A stretch of 64,000 nucleotides of DNA from an uncultured Holophagales bacterium (lineage in GTDB: Bacteria > Acidobacteriota > Thermoanaerobaculia > Multivoradales > UBA5704): NCBI GenBank assembly GCA_963842525.1, contig CAWJGT010000003.1, positions 352,001-416,000 on the forward strand, written 5' to 3'. Positions 27,332 to 35,670 of this stretch are shown piece by piece (the stretch's first letter is position 1; every line of letters starts with the position of its first letter). A program made the position numbers and the translations under genes. The notes below the pieces were generated by a model. It was not told the DNA's origin. It saw nothing but the letters and a program-made list of their open reading frames with translations, and did no database searches.

Positions 27332-27986
27332 AGGTGGCCCCCAGCTTGGAGAGAGCGCTCCGGAGGACGGGACGCGGGTCGTAGGCGGCGGCTGGATCGG
27401 CCCAGAGGCGCCACTCGGTGTGGCCCTTGAGACAGCTCACGAGGCGGCCTGCGTGGAAGGCTTCGAGCAGCTCGCGGCGGTACGCTTCGTCGTCGCAGGC
27501 GGCGAACGATGGGGCGAGCGGCGACGAGGCCCCCGGCGAGATGTCCATCGCGCCGGGTGCCTCGCGCGCCGCGACGAAGCGGATGGCGATGCCTTGCAGG
27601 GGCGCGGCGGCTTGATGTGCCGGCGCGGTGCGTTGGGGCGAGCTGCTGGCTGGCGAGGTCAGGCGCCAGAGCCAGGAGGCGGAGGCCGGGGTGTCGTCGT
27701 CCGCTGCGAAGCGCTGGCTCTCGATCGCGACGCCTTCTTCGCGCAGGTCGCGCAGGCGGCGGTCCCCGGCGGCTCCCCCGGCCCAGGGCTCTCGCAGGAC
27801 CCAGGTGGGCACCCAGCCCGCAGGAGCGAGATGCCGGCCGACTTTCCAATGGTAGGAGCGCCGGCTTGTCTCGACGAGGAGGTTGTATACGCGGGCGGCC
27901 GTGCCGGTGAGGGAACGGCCGCCTGGGAGCGTGGCCTCGTCGGCGAGGTGCCATCCGGGCGGGAGGGCGGCTTGGTGGTGGGTCAT
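27321..27986 (-). CDS. Hypothetical phage protein
   Basis: ATG at 27986 within the long ORF; part of the early operon. Confidence 0.55.
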   Translation of the reverse strand: MTHHQAALPPGWHLADEATLPGGRSLTGTAARVYNLLVETSRRSYHWKVGRHLAPAGWVPTWVLREPWAGGAAGDRRLRDLREEGVAIESQRFAADDDTPASASWLWRLTSPASSSPQRTAPAHQAAAPLQGIAIRFVAAREAPGAMDISPGASSPLAPSFAACDDEAYRRELLEAFHAGRLVSCLKGHTEWRLWADPAAAYDPRPVLRSALSKLGATFGA

Positions 27987-27988
27987 GA

Positions 27989-28046
27989 CCTCACCCCCCT
28001 GGCCCCCTCTCCCATCTCCCACCCGCCCTTCCCCGGGAGAGGGGGA
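27989..28046. repeat. REP-like palindrome followed by 9-10 bp GGAC-containing microrepeats (to ~28135)
   Basis: CCTCACCCCCCTGGCCCCCTCTCCCATC...GGGAGAGGGGG. Confidence 0.7.
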
Positions 28047-28146
28047 ACAAGCGCCCGAAAGGACAGCAGGGACAGCAAGGACGGCAGGGACACGGACAAA
28101 CACGGACGGACACGGACTGGCACAAACGGACGGAGGCCTCGCCCGA

Positions 28147-28460
28147 TCATGCGGTGGCTCCTGCGGCGGCAGCCACAGCGGATTCGAAGGCTTCAGCTTC
28201 AGCGAGGCGCTGCTCCCAGGTGGCTCGCCGTTGCTTGTCGAGTTCCTCGACGACTTGAGGTAGAAGGGCTGACAGATGCGGTCCGGGGTGTACTGGACCA
28301 GGGCGCAGTGCATGGTCTCGGCGCCGGCGAGGATGCCGAGCTGGCCCTGGTAGTGCGGGCACCAGTCCTTCGCGCAGAAGTAGAGGACTCCAGAACCTTC
28401 GACGTGGCGGGCTTCGGCGATGGCTTCGCCGTGGCGGAGGGGGAGGTGGATCAGGTTCAT
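28147..28460 (-). CDS. Hypothetical phage protein (apparent frameshift near 28262)
   Basis: MNLIHLPL...QPFYL continues as VVEELDKQRRATWEQRL in another frame. Confidence 0.45.
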
Positions 28461-28708
28461 GAGGGGGACCGCTCCTGGCCGGCTACGCCCAGGGCGAGGT
28501 GGGCGGGAATGCCGGTAAGGGTGACGATCTGGCGGAGGAACCGCCGCGAGGGGTGGCGGTGGCCTTGCTCCCAGCAGCTCACCGTGGAGTGCCGGACCAT
28601 CGGGTCGAGGAGGCTGCCGAGGGCTTCCTGGCTGAGGCCCCGGGCCAGGCGCCAGCTCCGCAGCCGCTCGCCAAAGGTTGGTTGGTGGACGGGGCAACTG
28701 GATGTCAT
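28457..28708 (-). CDS. Cro-like XRE helix-turn-helix regulator
   Basis: FGERLRSWRLARGLSQEALG...VSCWEQG; divergent from the repressor. Confidence 0.8.
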   Translation of the reverse strand: MTSSCPVHQPTFGERLRSWRLARGLSQEALGSLLDPMVRHSTVSCWEQGHRHPSRRFLRQIVTLTGIPAHLALGVAGQERSPS

Positions 28709-28813
28709 GAGAAACAAGGTATGACCATTCCGGCAACAGTGTCAAGAGGGAAATTGTGTTCCCGATCATCTCAGGGGCTTGATTTTGCATCCTGCAACAT
28801 CTATGATGCCGCC

Positions 28814-29191
28814 ATGGCTGGTACAGATCCGTTCGAAGGACTGGGAAAAGCTCTGGCCCAGCTCCGGGAGCGGGCAGGCTTTGCCACGCAGACGGAGGCG
28901 GCTGAGGCCCTGCGGTTTGACAAAGGACAGATGTCGCGATGGGAACATGACAACCCCCGCCCGACGCTGGATAATCTGGGGCGCTTGCTGGCAGGCTACG
29001 GGGCTACAGTGCAGGATCTGGCAGCCGCCCTCGGTGGCGCTGCGGAAGCCAAGGCCGTGGAGCGGAGCCCTTCCGACGAGGAGCTGCTCAGGTCACTGAC
29101 GGAGGCGATCCGCCGCGTCGAGGGGCGCCAGACCGAGACGGAGAGCCGCGTCGAGCGGCTGGAGAAGGATCTCGAGCGGGACACGGGGTAG
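28814..29191 (+). CDS. CI-like XRE repressor
   Basis: LGKALAQLRERAG...QMSRWE...PTLDNL; C-terminal coiled coil. Confidence 0.8.
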   Translation: MAGTDPFEGLGKALAQLRERAGFATQTEAAEALRFDKGQMSRWEHDNPRPTLDNLGRLLAGYGATVQDLAAALGGAAEAKAVERSPSDEELLRSLTEAIRRVEGRQTETESRVERLEKDLERDTG

Positions 29192-29192
29192 A

Positions 29193-29248
29193 CCTCACCC
29201 CCCTGGCCCCCTCTCCCATCGCTCTCCCCCCTACCGGGAGAGGGGGGA
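29193..29248. repeat. REP-like palindrome (possible bidirectional terminator)
   Basis: Same repeat family, between convergent genes. Confidence 0.7.
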
Positions 29249-29280
29249 CGGTGTTCCAGGCTTCAGAAGCGAGATCGGGC

Positions 29281-30096
29281 TCAGAGCGGCGGATCGGAGG
29301 TGGATGGCAGTTTCGCCATTTCCTTGACCAGCTCGGCGAAGTCGTGGGAGTGCGGCTCAGTGCACAGAATGTCATAGGCCCGCTCGTAGGCAAGGCGGGC
29401 GGCTGAGAACTGCTGAAGCTCACGACATAGACGGGCGTGCAGCCACTCGGTTTTGGCAGTCAACCGCCCAGGAGGAAAGCGGCGGAAATAAGGTTCCAGA
29501 ATGGCCAACGCTGATGCTGCTGCGGTGAATCGACCGTCTGCGATCAGAGTCTCCACAAAATTGTGACCGGTCGTGGCGAGAAGTTCGATGGGCGTGCCGT
29601 GACCGAGCAGGCCGAGTGCTGAGCGGTATGCATTAAGTGCGCGTTGCCGCTCACCCCAATCGAAACAGACAAGCCCGAGAAGGTTGTAAGTGCGCGCCTC
29701 GGCGAGTGAGTCGCCGATCGTTTTATGCACCTCGATAGCGATGGTTAGAACATCCGCTGCGCTTTCGAATCTCTTCGTGTCACGATGAAGGCTGGCTGTA
29801 ATTTCGAGCAGATGAACTCTGGTCGGGAGGTCGGACGTCGGCCGTGAGGCTGCCCGTTCCAGTGCCCGCTCCGACTCCTTGTAGCGACCGGCGATGCGAA
29901 GGGCATTCCCGTATTGCGTCCAAGCAGCGACGATGAGGTCCTCTGGCAGCTCGTGACTCTTCTCTTCCGCGAGAGCAACGGCCTCGCTTGAGAGCTTGAG
30001 CATCCCGGTCAGGTCTTCATAGCGAGCTGCAAACGCTGCATCAATGAGCTCTTTCACTCTTACAGCGTTCGCAACTCGCTTGCGTTGCAAGACCAT
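29281..30096 (-). CDS. Tetratricopeptide-repeat protein (pair 1)
   Basis: AWTQYGNALRIAGRY, ARTYNLLGLVCFDWG helical repeats; no signal peptide. Confidence 0.8.
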   Translation of the reverse strand: MVLQRKRVANAVRVKELIDAAFAARYEDLTGMLKLSSEAVALAEEKSHELPEDLIVAAWTQYGNALRIAGRYKESERALERAASRPTSDLPTRVHLLEITASLHRDTKRFESAADVLTIAIEVHKTIGDSLAEARTYNLLGLVCFDWGERQRALNAYRSALGLLGHGTPIELLATTGHNFVETLIADGRFTAAASALAILEPYFRRFPPGRLTAKTEWLHARLCRELQQFSAARLAYERAYDILCTEPHSHDFAELVKEMAKLPSTSDPPL

Positions 30097-30156
30097 TAGC
30101 GCTCCTTCCTGCCCGGGGACTTCGGCGTAAGTATACGCGGAAGGAGCTGGCGATGT

Positions 30157-30366
30157 TCAACCCCCCGGGCAACCCCAGGGATCTATGGAGCAACCACTCT
30201 GAGTGGTCGAGCTGTCCGGCGGAGGGGGAGGAGTCGGACGTTCAACGGCGGCAGGTGCGTAGAGGCCGAACGCTGCGGCTGTGGCGCGCATGATATCGCC
30301 CCACCAACCTGAGGAGAGAGACAGTGTAACAACGAAAACAGGGACCAGACGAGAGAACATGGTCAT
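30157..30366 (-). CDS. Small secreted peptide with C-terminal GCSIDPWG motif (pair 1)
   Basis: Hydrophobic N-terminus, WW-containing amphipathic helix, Pro-rich linker, IDPWG; purine-rich RBS. Confidence 0.7.
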   Translation of the reverse strand: MTMFSRLVPVFVVTLSLSSGWWGDIMRATAAAFGLYAPAAVERPTPPPPPDSSTTQSGCSIDPWGCPGG

Positions 30367-30532
30367 TGGACACCCCCCTTTGGATCGGATTCGTATTTAT
30401 TGCGAACCCGGAAAATATATTACGGCAACCGGAGACCGCGTACAACGCGATCAAACTCGGTATGGTACGCCTGATTGGCGACTTGAAAAAGACTTGAGTC
30501 GGTCGTAGGCCGTGGTGGTGGCCGGGGCGAGT

Positions 30533-30590
30533 CCTCACCCCCTGGCCCCCTCTCCCATCGTCCAGCCGCACTTCCCCGGGAGAGGGGGGA
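30533..30590. repeat. REP-like palindrome
   Basis: Same repeat family, downstream of the pair 2 TPR gene. Confidence 0.7.
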
Positions 30591-30607
30591 TGTAGACCAG
30601 GTCGAAG

Positions 30608-31903
30608 TCACGCACGCGCCCGTGCGAGGGTTGCGGCGACTTCGCGGGCGAGGTCGGCAGTGGCGGTTTCGCGGCGGGCGGCTTCCTGGAAGACCAGGAG
30701 GGCGGCCATGGCTTCTCGGGAGATGTCCAGGTCTCGGAAGACGGTCACCATCTCGTCGGCCAGGTCACGGACTTCGGCGGCCCTCCCCTCCCCCATGTAG
30801 GAGATCGCCAGATCCAGGCCGGCGAGGCCGGCGTCGAACGCGTTGCCGTCGTCGAGGAACTTCTGGCGGACCTCGGTCAGGAGCTCGCGGGCCCGGGCCT
30901 GATCTCCCAGCCCGGCGGCGATGCGGCCCTCTACCCAATCCAGGCGAACTCGGTCGAGAGCGCTCCCGTGGGCTGCGGCGACTGCCTTCAGCTCTGGGAG
31001 AAGGTCGGCTGCCTCGCGGTGGCGGCCAGTCCTGGAGAAGTTGTCTACCAGGTTGTGCCGGACGCAGAGAACGAGGCGCGGGTCACGCTTGGGGTCGATC
31101 AGGCCGTTCGCTTTCTTCAGGATCTGGATGGCGGGCTCCGATTCACCTGTCTCGATGAGGGCAAAAGCTTTCGAGATGAGGCTCCGGCCGGCGAGGTGTG
31201 GGTCTCGGTGCTCGGGTTGTCCATCCAGAAAGAGCGACACGGCTCGCTCAAGCAGCTCGAGGGCCTCGGGGAAGCGCCGCTGCGCCATCCGAAGCGAGGC
31301 CTTCAGATCCAGCAGGACGGGCTCGTAGCCTAGGGCGTCCTCGGAGCTCTCGGTCCCCGCCTCCCACCAGGAGTCCGACATCTCGAAGGACCGCTCGGCC
31401 GCGGGCAGGCCGCCCTGCACCCGACGCGCGTTGCCGAGCCCGGCCCAGGCAAGGCTGCGGAGCTGATAGACCCAGGGTTCCTCGAACGGTTCGCCACCAG
31501 GAATCGTGTCGGCCACATGGACGGCGAGGTCGGCAAGGTGGACGGCCTCGGCCGGCTGCTCCGGCGCGGTCTGGCAGCTTGTGCGGACCAGCAGCTCGCA
31601 GAGGCCCCAGCTTACGAAGCGCGGGTCAGCACGGAGGCGGGCCAGGCGCTCTTCCGGATCCAGGGGCGCGAGCTCCTGCAGGAGACGGGGGGCCTCGGCG
31701 CGGGACCGGGCGAGAGCAGCGTCGATCGGGCCGAAGACCTCGGGGAGGGCATTGCCCTGGTGCAGCTCGAGGAGCCAGCCGCCGACCTCTCGGCATTGGG
31801 GGCAGACGGCCAGCAGGTGGAAGAGGTGCTCGTTCTGCTCGGCTGTGCGATCCATGGCGAGCAGACGCTCCAGCGCGGTGGCATCGAGGTGCTTGTGCTC
31901 CAT
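30608..31903 (-). CDS. TPR protein with N-terminal HxxxCxxC (ZAS-like) motif (pair 2)
   Basis: HLLAVCPQC; AWAGLGNARRVQG helical repeats; RBS AGGAGG. Confidence 0.82.
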   Translation of the reverse strand: MEHKHLDATALERLLAMDRTAEQNEHLFHLLAVCPQCREVGGWLLELHQGNALPEVFGPIDAALARSRAEAPRLLQELAPLDPEERLARLRADPRFVSWGLCELLVRTSCQTAPEQPAEAVHLADLAVHVADTIPGGEPFEEPWVYQLRSLAWAGLGNARRVQGGLPAAERSFEMSDSWWEAGTESSEDALGYEPVLLDLKASLRMAQRRFPEALELLERAVSLFLDGQPEHRDPHLAGRSLISKAFALIETGESEPAIQILKKANGLIDPKRDPRLVLCVRHNLVDNFSRTGRHREAADLLPELKAVAAAHGSALDRVRLDWVEGRIAAGLGDQARARELLTEVRQKFLDDGNAFDAGLAGLDLAISYMGEGRAAEVRDLADEMVTVFRDLDISREAMAALLVFQEAARRETATADLAREVAATLARARA

Positions 31904-32016
31904 GCGTTCCTCCTGAGAGTTTCTTCGGCGGAGGAATAGTATCGCATGTCAGGAATCTCGGGGAGGCTGGTAACGAAAATGCGGGCCGGGATTGGAAGCC
32001 CGGCCCGCGAGGTCGC

Positions 32017-32295
32017 TCAGGGACGGCCGTTGGGATCGAGGAGGGAGCCGTTCTCGCCGGGCTCGGAGCCCGCGCTGGCGCTGTTCGGATCGAGGCCGGA
32101 GCCGTTCTCGCCCCAGATGGCGGAGAGGAAGCTCCAGAACTGGGCGAAGAGGCCCTGGGCGGACTGGTGATGCTCGGGGGCCGAGTGGATGGTGTGGCCC
32201 TGGGGCAGGGCCTTGGCGTGGGTGGGGCCGAGGAGGACCAGGGCTAGCAGGGCGAGGGTGAGGATGAATGGGGGGCGGGTGGGGTGTCGGGGCAT
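32017..32295 (-). CDS. Small secreted peptide with two GENGSxLDPN cores (pair 2)
   Basis: Signal peptide ...PTHAKA, FWSFLSAIW helix, duplicated core; RBS AGGAGG. Confidence 0.75.
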   Translation of the reverse strand: MPRHPTRPPFILTLALLALVLLGPTHAKALPQGHTIHSAPEHHQSAQGLFAQFWSFLSAIWGENGSGLDPNSASAGSEPGENGSLLDPNGRP

Positions 32296-32392
32296 GAGAC
32301 CTCCTGAGGGCCGCCTCGGCTCGGGCCGTCATGGCCGGAGGGGGCGTGGCCTTCAGGAGGAAGTGTGCGCGCGAGAGTGGCCGAGGGGCCGT

Positions 32393-32611
32393 TCAGCGAC
32401 CGAAACGTGCAAGGCGCGGCTCTGGCTGCGCAGAGCCGGGTGCTGCCTCATCCTGAGTCTCCTGCGGAGTGAGCAAAGGTGACTGCTGTGGGTCTCGAGC
32501 TTCTTCTGTCCGCTTCAAGTCGGCAAAAATGGCCTTCAGGTCATAGTCGAACTTTGCCGCATGCTCTTGGCGAATTCGGCGGACTTCTTGGACGACAGGA
32601 TCTTCGATCAT
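32393..32611 (-). CDS. Small PIN-associated protein (putative antitoxin)
   Basis: DPVVQEVRRIRQEHAAKFDYDL; overlaps the PIN gene stop. Confidence 0.65.
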   Translation of the reverse strand: MIEDPVVQEVRRIRQEHAAKFDYDLKAIFADLKRTEEARDPQQSPLLTPQETQDEAAPGSAQPEPRLARFGR

Positions 32612-33087
32612 GGGTCACCTCCGAGGAGCTCTTCGGGAGTACAGATGAACGGTAGGGCAAGGCCCCTTTCAACTAGAAACCGTGCCAGCCTCTTCTGGAT
32701 TTCGGGGTTGGCGATGTGCGCACAGTTCCAGGTCATCAGATAGTCCACATCATGAAGGGTCGCGACGGCAATATGTAGACCGTCCTCGGCCGCTTTCTCC
32801 GGCAGAAGGCGCCGCTGGACAAACTCGCTCGCGAGCAGAAGCGCTTTTTCCGTCAGAGCCAGACGAGGCAGTCCGGCAAGGAGGTCGAGGCGCCGCCGGG
32901 CCATCTCTGGATCACCACCCTCGGCCTCGCGGAGCACGAGCTCGGAGACGACGAGGTCGAAGTCGTGCCTGCGCCTCTCCCACCACTCCATTGTAATCTG
33001 CTGGTGCGCGGCGGTGATCACCGTCCGGCTCGGACGGGCCGTCAGGTAGCTGATGATCGTCGTTTCCAGGTAGACGCGACGTCCCAT
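32608..33087 (-). CDS. PIN-domain (VapC-like) nuclease
   Basis: VYLETTIISYL, DGLHIAVA, TWNCAHIAN. Confidence 0.85.
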   Translation of the reverse strand: MGRRVYLETTIISYLTARPSRTVITAAHQQITMEWWERRRHDFDLVVSELVLREAEGGDPEMARRRLDLLAGLPRLALTEKALLLASEFVQRRLLPEKAAEDGLHIAVATLHDVDYLMTWNCAHIANPEIQKRLARFLVERGLALPFICTPEELLGGDP

Positions 33088-33156
33088 GGAGTGGCACCTT
33101 ACCACAGGGTGATTCTTCTATCCTTTAGCGAGAACCTGCGATCCGGCCCAACGCAA

Positions 33157-33444
33157 TCACCACCGATCGGGAGACGAGAAGCCGTACCCGGGGCGCGGCG
33201 GCACGCAGGAGCCGATGGAGGGCGGCGGAAGCTGGCGTGCCACGGCGACGGCCGCCTCCGCACAGTCGAGCATCTTGTCGGGGTCGCCGTACCGATGCTC
33301 GAAGCACTGCTCGACGAGGTGATCGACCAGCGCGGGCTCGCGATATCGACGGAGCGAGCCGGCCGCCAGGAGGCGGCGTGGACGTGGGAGCTCGAGGAGC
33401 TCTCGGGCGAGCTCGTGTGGTGGGCGGAATCGGCTTGGCAGCAC
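33157..33444 (-). pseudogene. N-terminal fragment of a third TPR-family protein (pair 3)
   Basis: LVEQCFEHRYGDPDKMLDCAEAAVAVA aligns by eye with LIDAAFAARYEDLTGMLKLSSEAVALA of pair 1; TTGACA-18-TACGTT promoter at 33500-33471. Confidence 0.6.
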
Positions 33445-33548
33445 CTTGGCATTCCTCTACGGGCTGTAATAACGTAGATGCAGATTGCCGAGGGTGTCAA
33501 GGGGCGGAGGACCACGGGCACGCGGGTCATGGCGTGCCCGTGATCACG

Positions 33549-33809
33549 CTACGAGCGGGGTTGGCAGGCCGCCGGGTTGCCCCAGGGGTCGATACAAGGT
33601 GAATTGTCGCTCTGGAGAGTGGACGGGGGGGCCGGATAGGCCGGGTCGCCGGTGGAGTCGAGCGAGTACGAAGTGTCGGGCGCGTCCAAGCCGAAGAGCG
33701 GCGCCACGAAGTTGACCACGGCAGCCCACCAACTCGTGGCCTGGCTGTCGAGGCGGCCGCCAGGCCAGGCGTGCGCCGGCGTGACGGCGAGGCTAGCCCA
33801 CCCTGCAGC
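33549..33809 (-). pseudogene. 5'-truncated secreted peptide with CIDPWG motif (pair 3; not in ORF track)
   Basis: Manual translation: ...SLAVTPAHA-WPGGRLDSQATSWWAAVVNFVAPLFGLDAP...SDNSPCIDPWGNPAACQPRS*; no start codon upstream of the signal-peptide remnant. Confidence 0.7.
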
Positions 33810-34013
33810 CCTACCTCTCCGTCCTTCAAGACACCCTCGACGTCACCGCCTGGGACAAGTGGGACGCCGACCACCGCCGCAAATTCATCGCCGACCTCGC
33901 CAGCTTCCGGCGACCGTCTCTGCACCTTCCAGAGGATCGCCGACAACGCGGTCCCCGCCGAATCGGTTGTCATCGCGATTGCCGACCGGATCCGTAAGCC
34001 ATGCTCAGCGAGC

Positions 34014-34442
34014 TTAACGCGCTTCCATCACATCCGGTTTCGCGGGGGTCAGGCGGATCACCGGGACGACGTTGGAGTAGCCGCGACCGTCCGGATGAAT
34101 GTGATCGGTATCGAAGAAGTTCTGGCCGTCGTAGGCCAGACGGTTGTGGCGAAGGACTTTGACGGCGAGCATGACCTTGCCTGCGGCAAAGCCTTCGGCG
34201 ATGGCAGCGGACTTCTGCTGGACGGTCGCGAGGGCGGTGCCCCTCTCGATGTCGTTGCGATCAACGGCGTCAGTGATCTCGTACTTCTCTCCGACAATGG
34301 TGATCGGAGTGGCGAAGGAGCGCTGGACGATACGTTCGCCGACCCACTTGTGGAGCTGCGTGAAGAGGGTGGTCCATTCGATCGTGAGGCTCTTGGCCTT
34401 CGTCGGATTGGGGACGGTCGCGGTGAGCTGCGGTAGCAGCAC
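34014..34442 (-). pseudogene. Fragment of Mu-like major head subunit gpT
   Basis: KWVGERIV...YEITDAVDRNDIE...AYDGQNFFDTDH signature. Confidence 0.7.
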
Positions 34443-35004
34443 GTTGGCCGCAGACCGGTCGTAGAGGTCGAGGGCGTAGGGGGTGACGACGCGGGCACAA
34501 CCCCAGAGGAGCAGGCCGACGATTTCGCGGCTCTTTCCCAGCGCGCCTTCGACGGAGTTCCGGGGACGCGGGTGGGTGGTGGGGACGTTGCCGTCCCTGC
34601 GGAGGGATCGACCTCGCGCGGGTGGCGGAAGCGCTTGACCCGCTCGGTCGTGGTCAGTGGACGCCCGCGATGTAGATCACGCCGAGCAGTGCCCGCCGCC
34701 ATCCAGGCAGGCGACCTCAACGGCCTGGCCGAGCTTGTGGCGACCTCCATGGCGGGCCAGCTCGCGCTTGCCCATGGCGAGCTCGCCGTCCTGATCCAGG
34801 AAGGCCTCGTCGTCCAGGTTCCCATCGTGGGCCGTAACGCCGAAGGCGAGAAGGAAAGAAAAAGAAGAAGCCCGCCCCCCGTCCTGAAAGCCAAGGTCGC
34901 CGTCCTCGCCCACCGCCGCCTAGTGACCGGAGGCCAGCCAAGCCCATCCCTGGAGACCGAATCCCAGCAAGCCCTCACCTGGCTCCGAGACGTCGTTCTC
35001 TCCC

Positions 35005-35036
35005 CTCGTACGTTTCTCGTACGTTTCTCGTACGTT
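35005..35036. repeat. Putative integrase arm-type sites, right end
   Basis: CTCGTACGTTT x3 (third copy lacks the last T). Confidence 0.6.
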
Positions 35037-35172
35037 ACCACCCCCGGTTACTGCCGGTCAAGCCCGAGAAGTTCCGGGGAGGAGACAGGTAGGTGAGTCG
35101 TGTAAGTCGATTATTTGCCGTTATTTGCCGGGATGTTCCGGGATATTCCGGGAAGTGCGTGGAACTTCACCC

Positions 35173-35224
35173 CCTGAATGGGGTTCAGGGGGTCCCGGGT
35201 TCAAATCCCGGCGTCCCGACCAAT
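35173..35224 (+). repeat. attR: duplicated 3' part of tRNA-Pro
   Basis: Identical to 24037-24088; lacks the 5' acceptor strand and D arm. Confidence 0.9.
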
Positions 35225-35670
35225 TATCTCCCGCATTTCCAACAACTTAGCCTCGCTCGTACCCCCGCGAACGGGATAGCGGACCCCGAATTCATTCCGA
35301 GGCTTTAGCCGCAGCTCATTGCCATTGATGCTGAGACCCCGGCACAGCGCGACCTCTTCAGCGCGCCACTGTCTGTATAGAATTGCTAAAAAATAGTACA
35401 ATGATGATATAGTGCCCGAGGACGATGTTTTCGGGCAGGAGGGGGGGCCCAGAAGGGCCCGCCGCAGCTCATGGCTGCACGGCCTTGCTGATGAAGGGTA
35501 GCGGGGCAAGGTGCGGGTCTCAAGGCCCCCTGATTCGGGGGAGCGTTTCTTCCTGTCCCAGGCACCTCACAACAATCCTCGCATCACTCGGGCATGCAAC
35601 TTTTCCTGCTCTCCTTCGTAGAGGCTTCACATTGTCCACCTCGTCAGGACCGTAGGGTCGATCAGATACA

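Larger units (their letters stand above)
24037..35224. mobile_element. Decayed prophage / phage-satellite-like element integrated in tRNA-Pro
   Basis: 52-bp direct repeat of the tRNA 3' part at 24037-24088 and 35173-35224; xis, dnaB, dnaC-like, rep, Cro/CI and capsid fragment inside. Confidence 0.88.

Noticed and set aside
34572-35096. 174-aa ORF as the element's integrase
   Set aside because: It has no tyrosine or serine recombinase motifs and runs through the arm-type repeats; probably a fragment or spurious.
35173-35222. Second tRNA-Pro gene
   Set aside because: Only the anticodon arm to CCA is present; this is the attR duplication.
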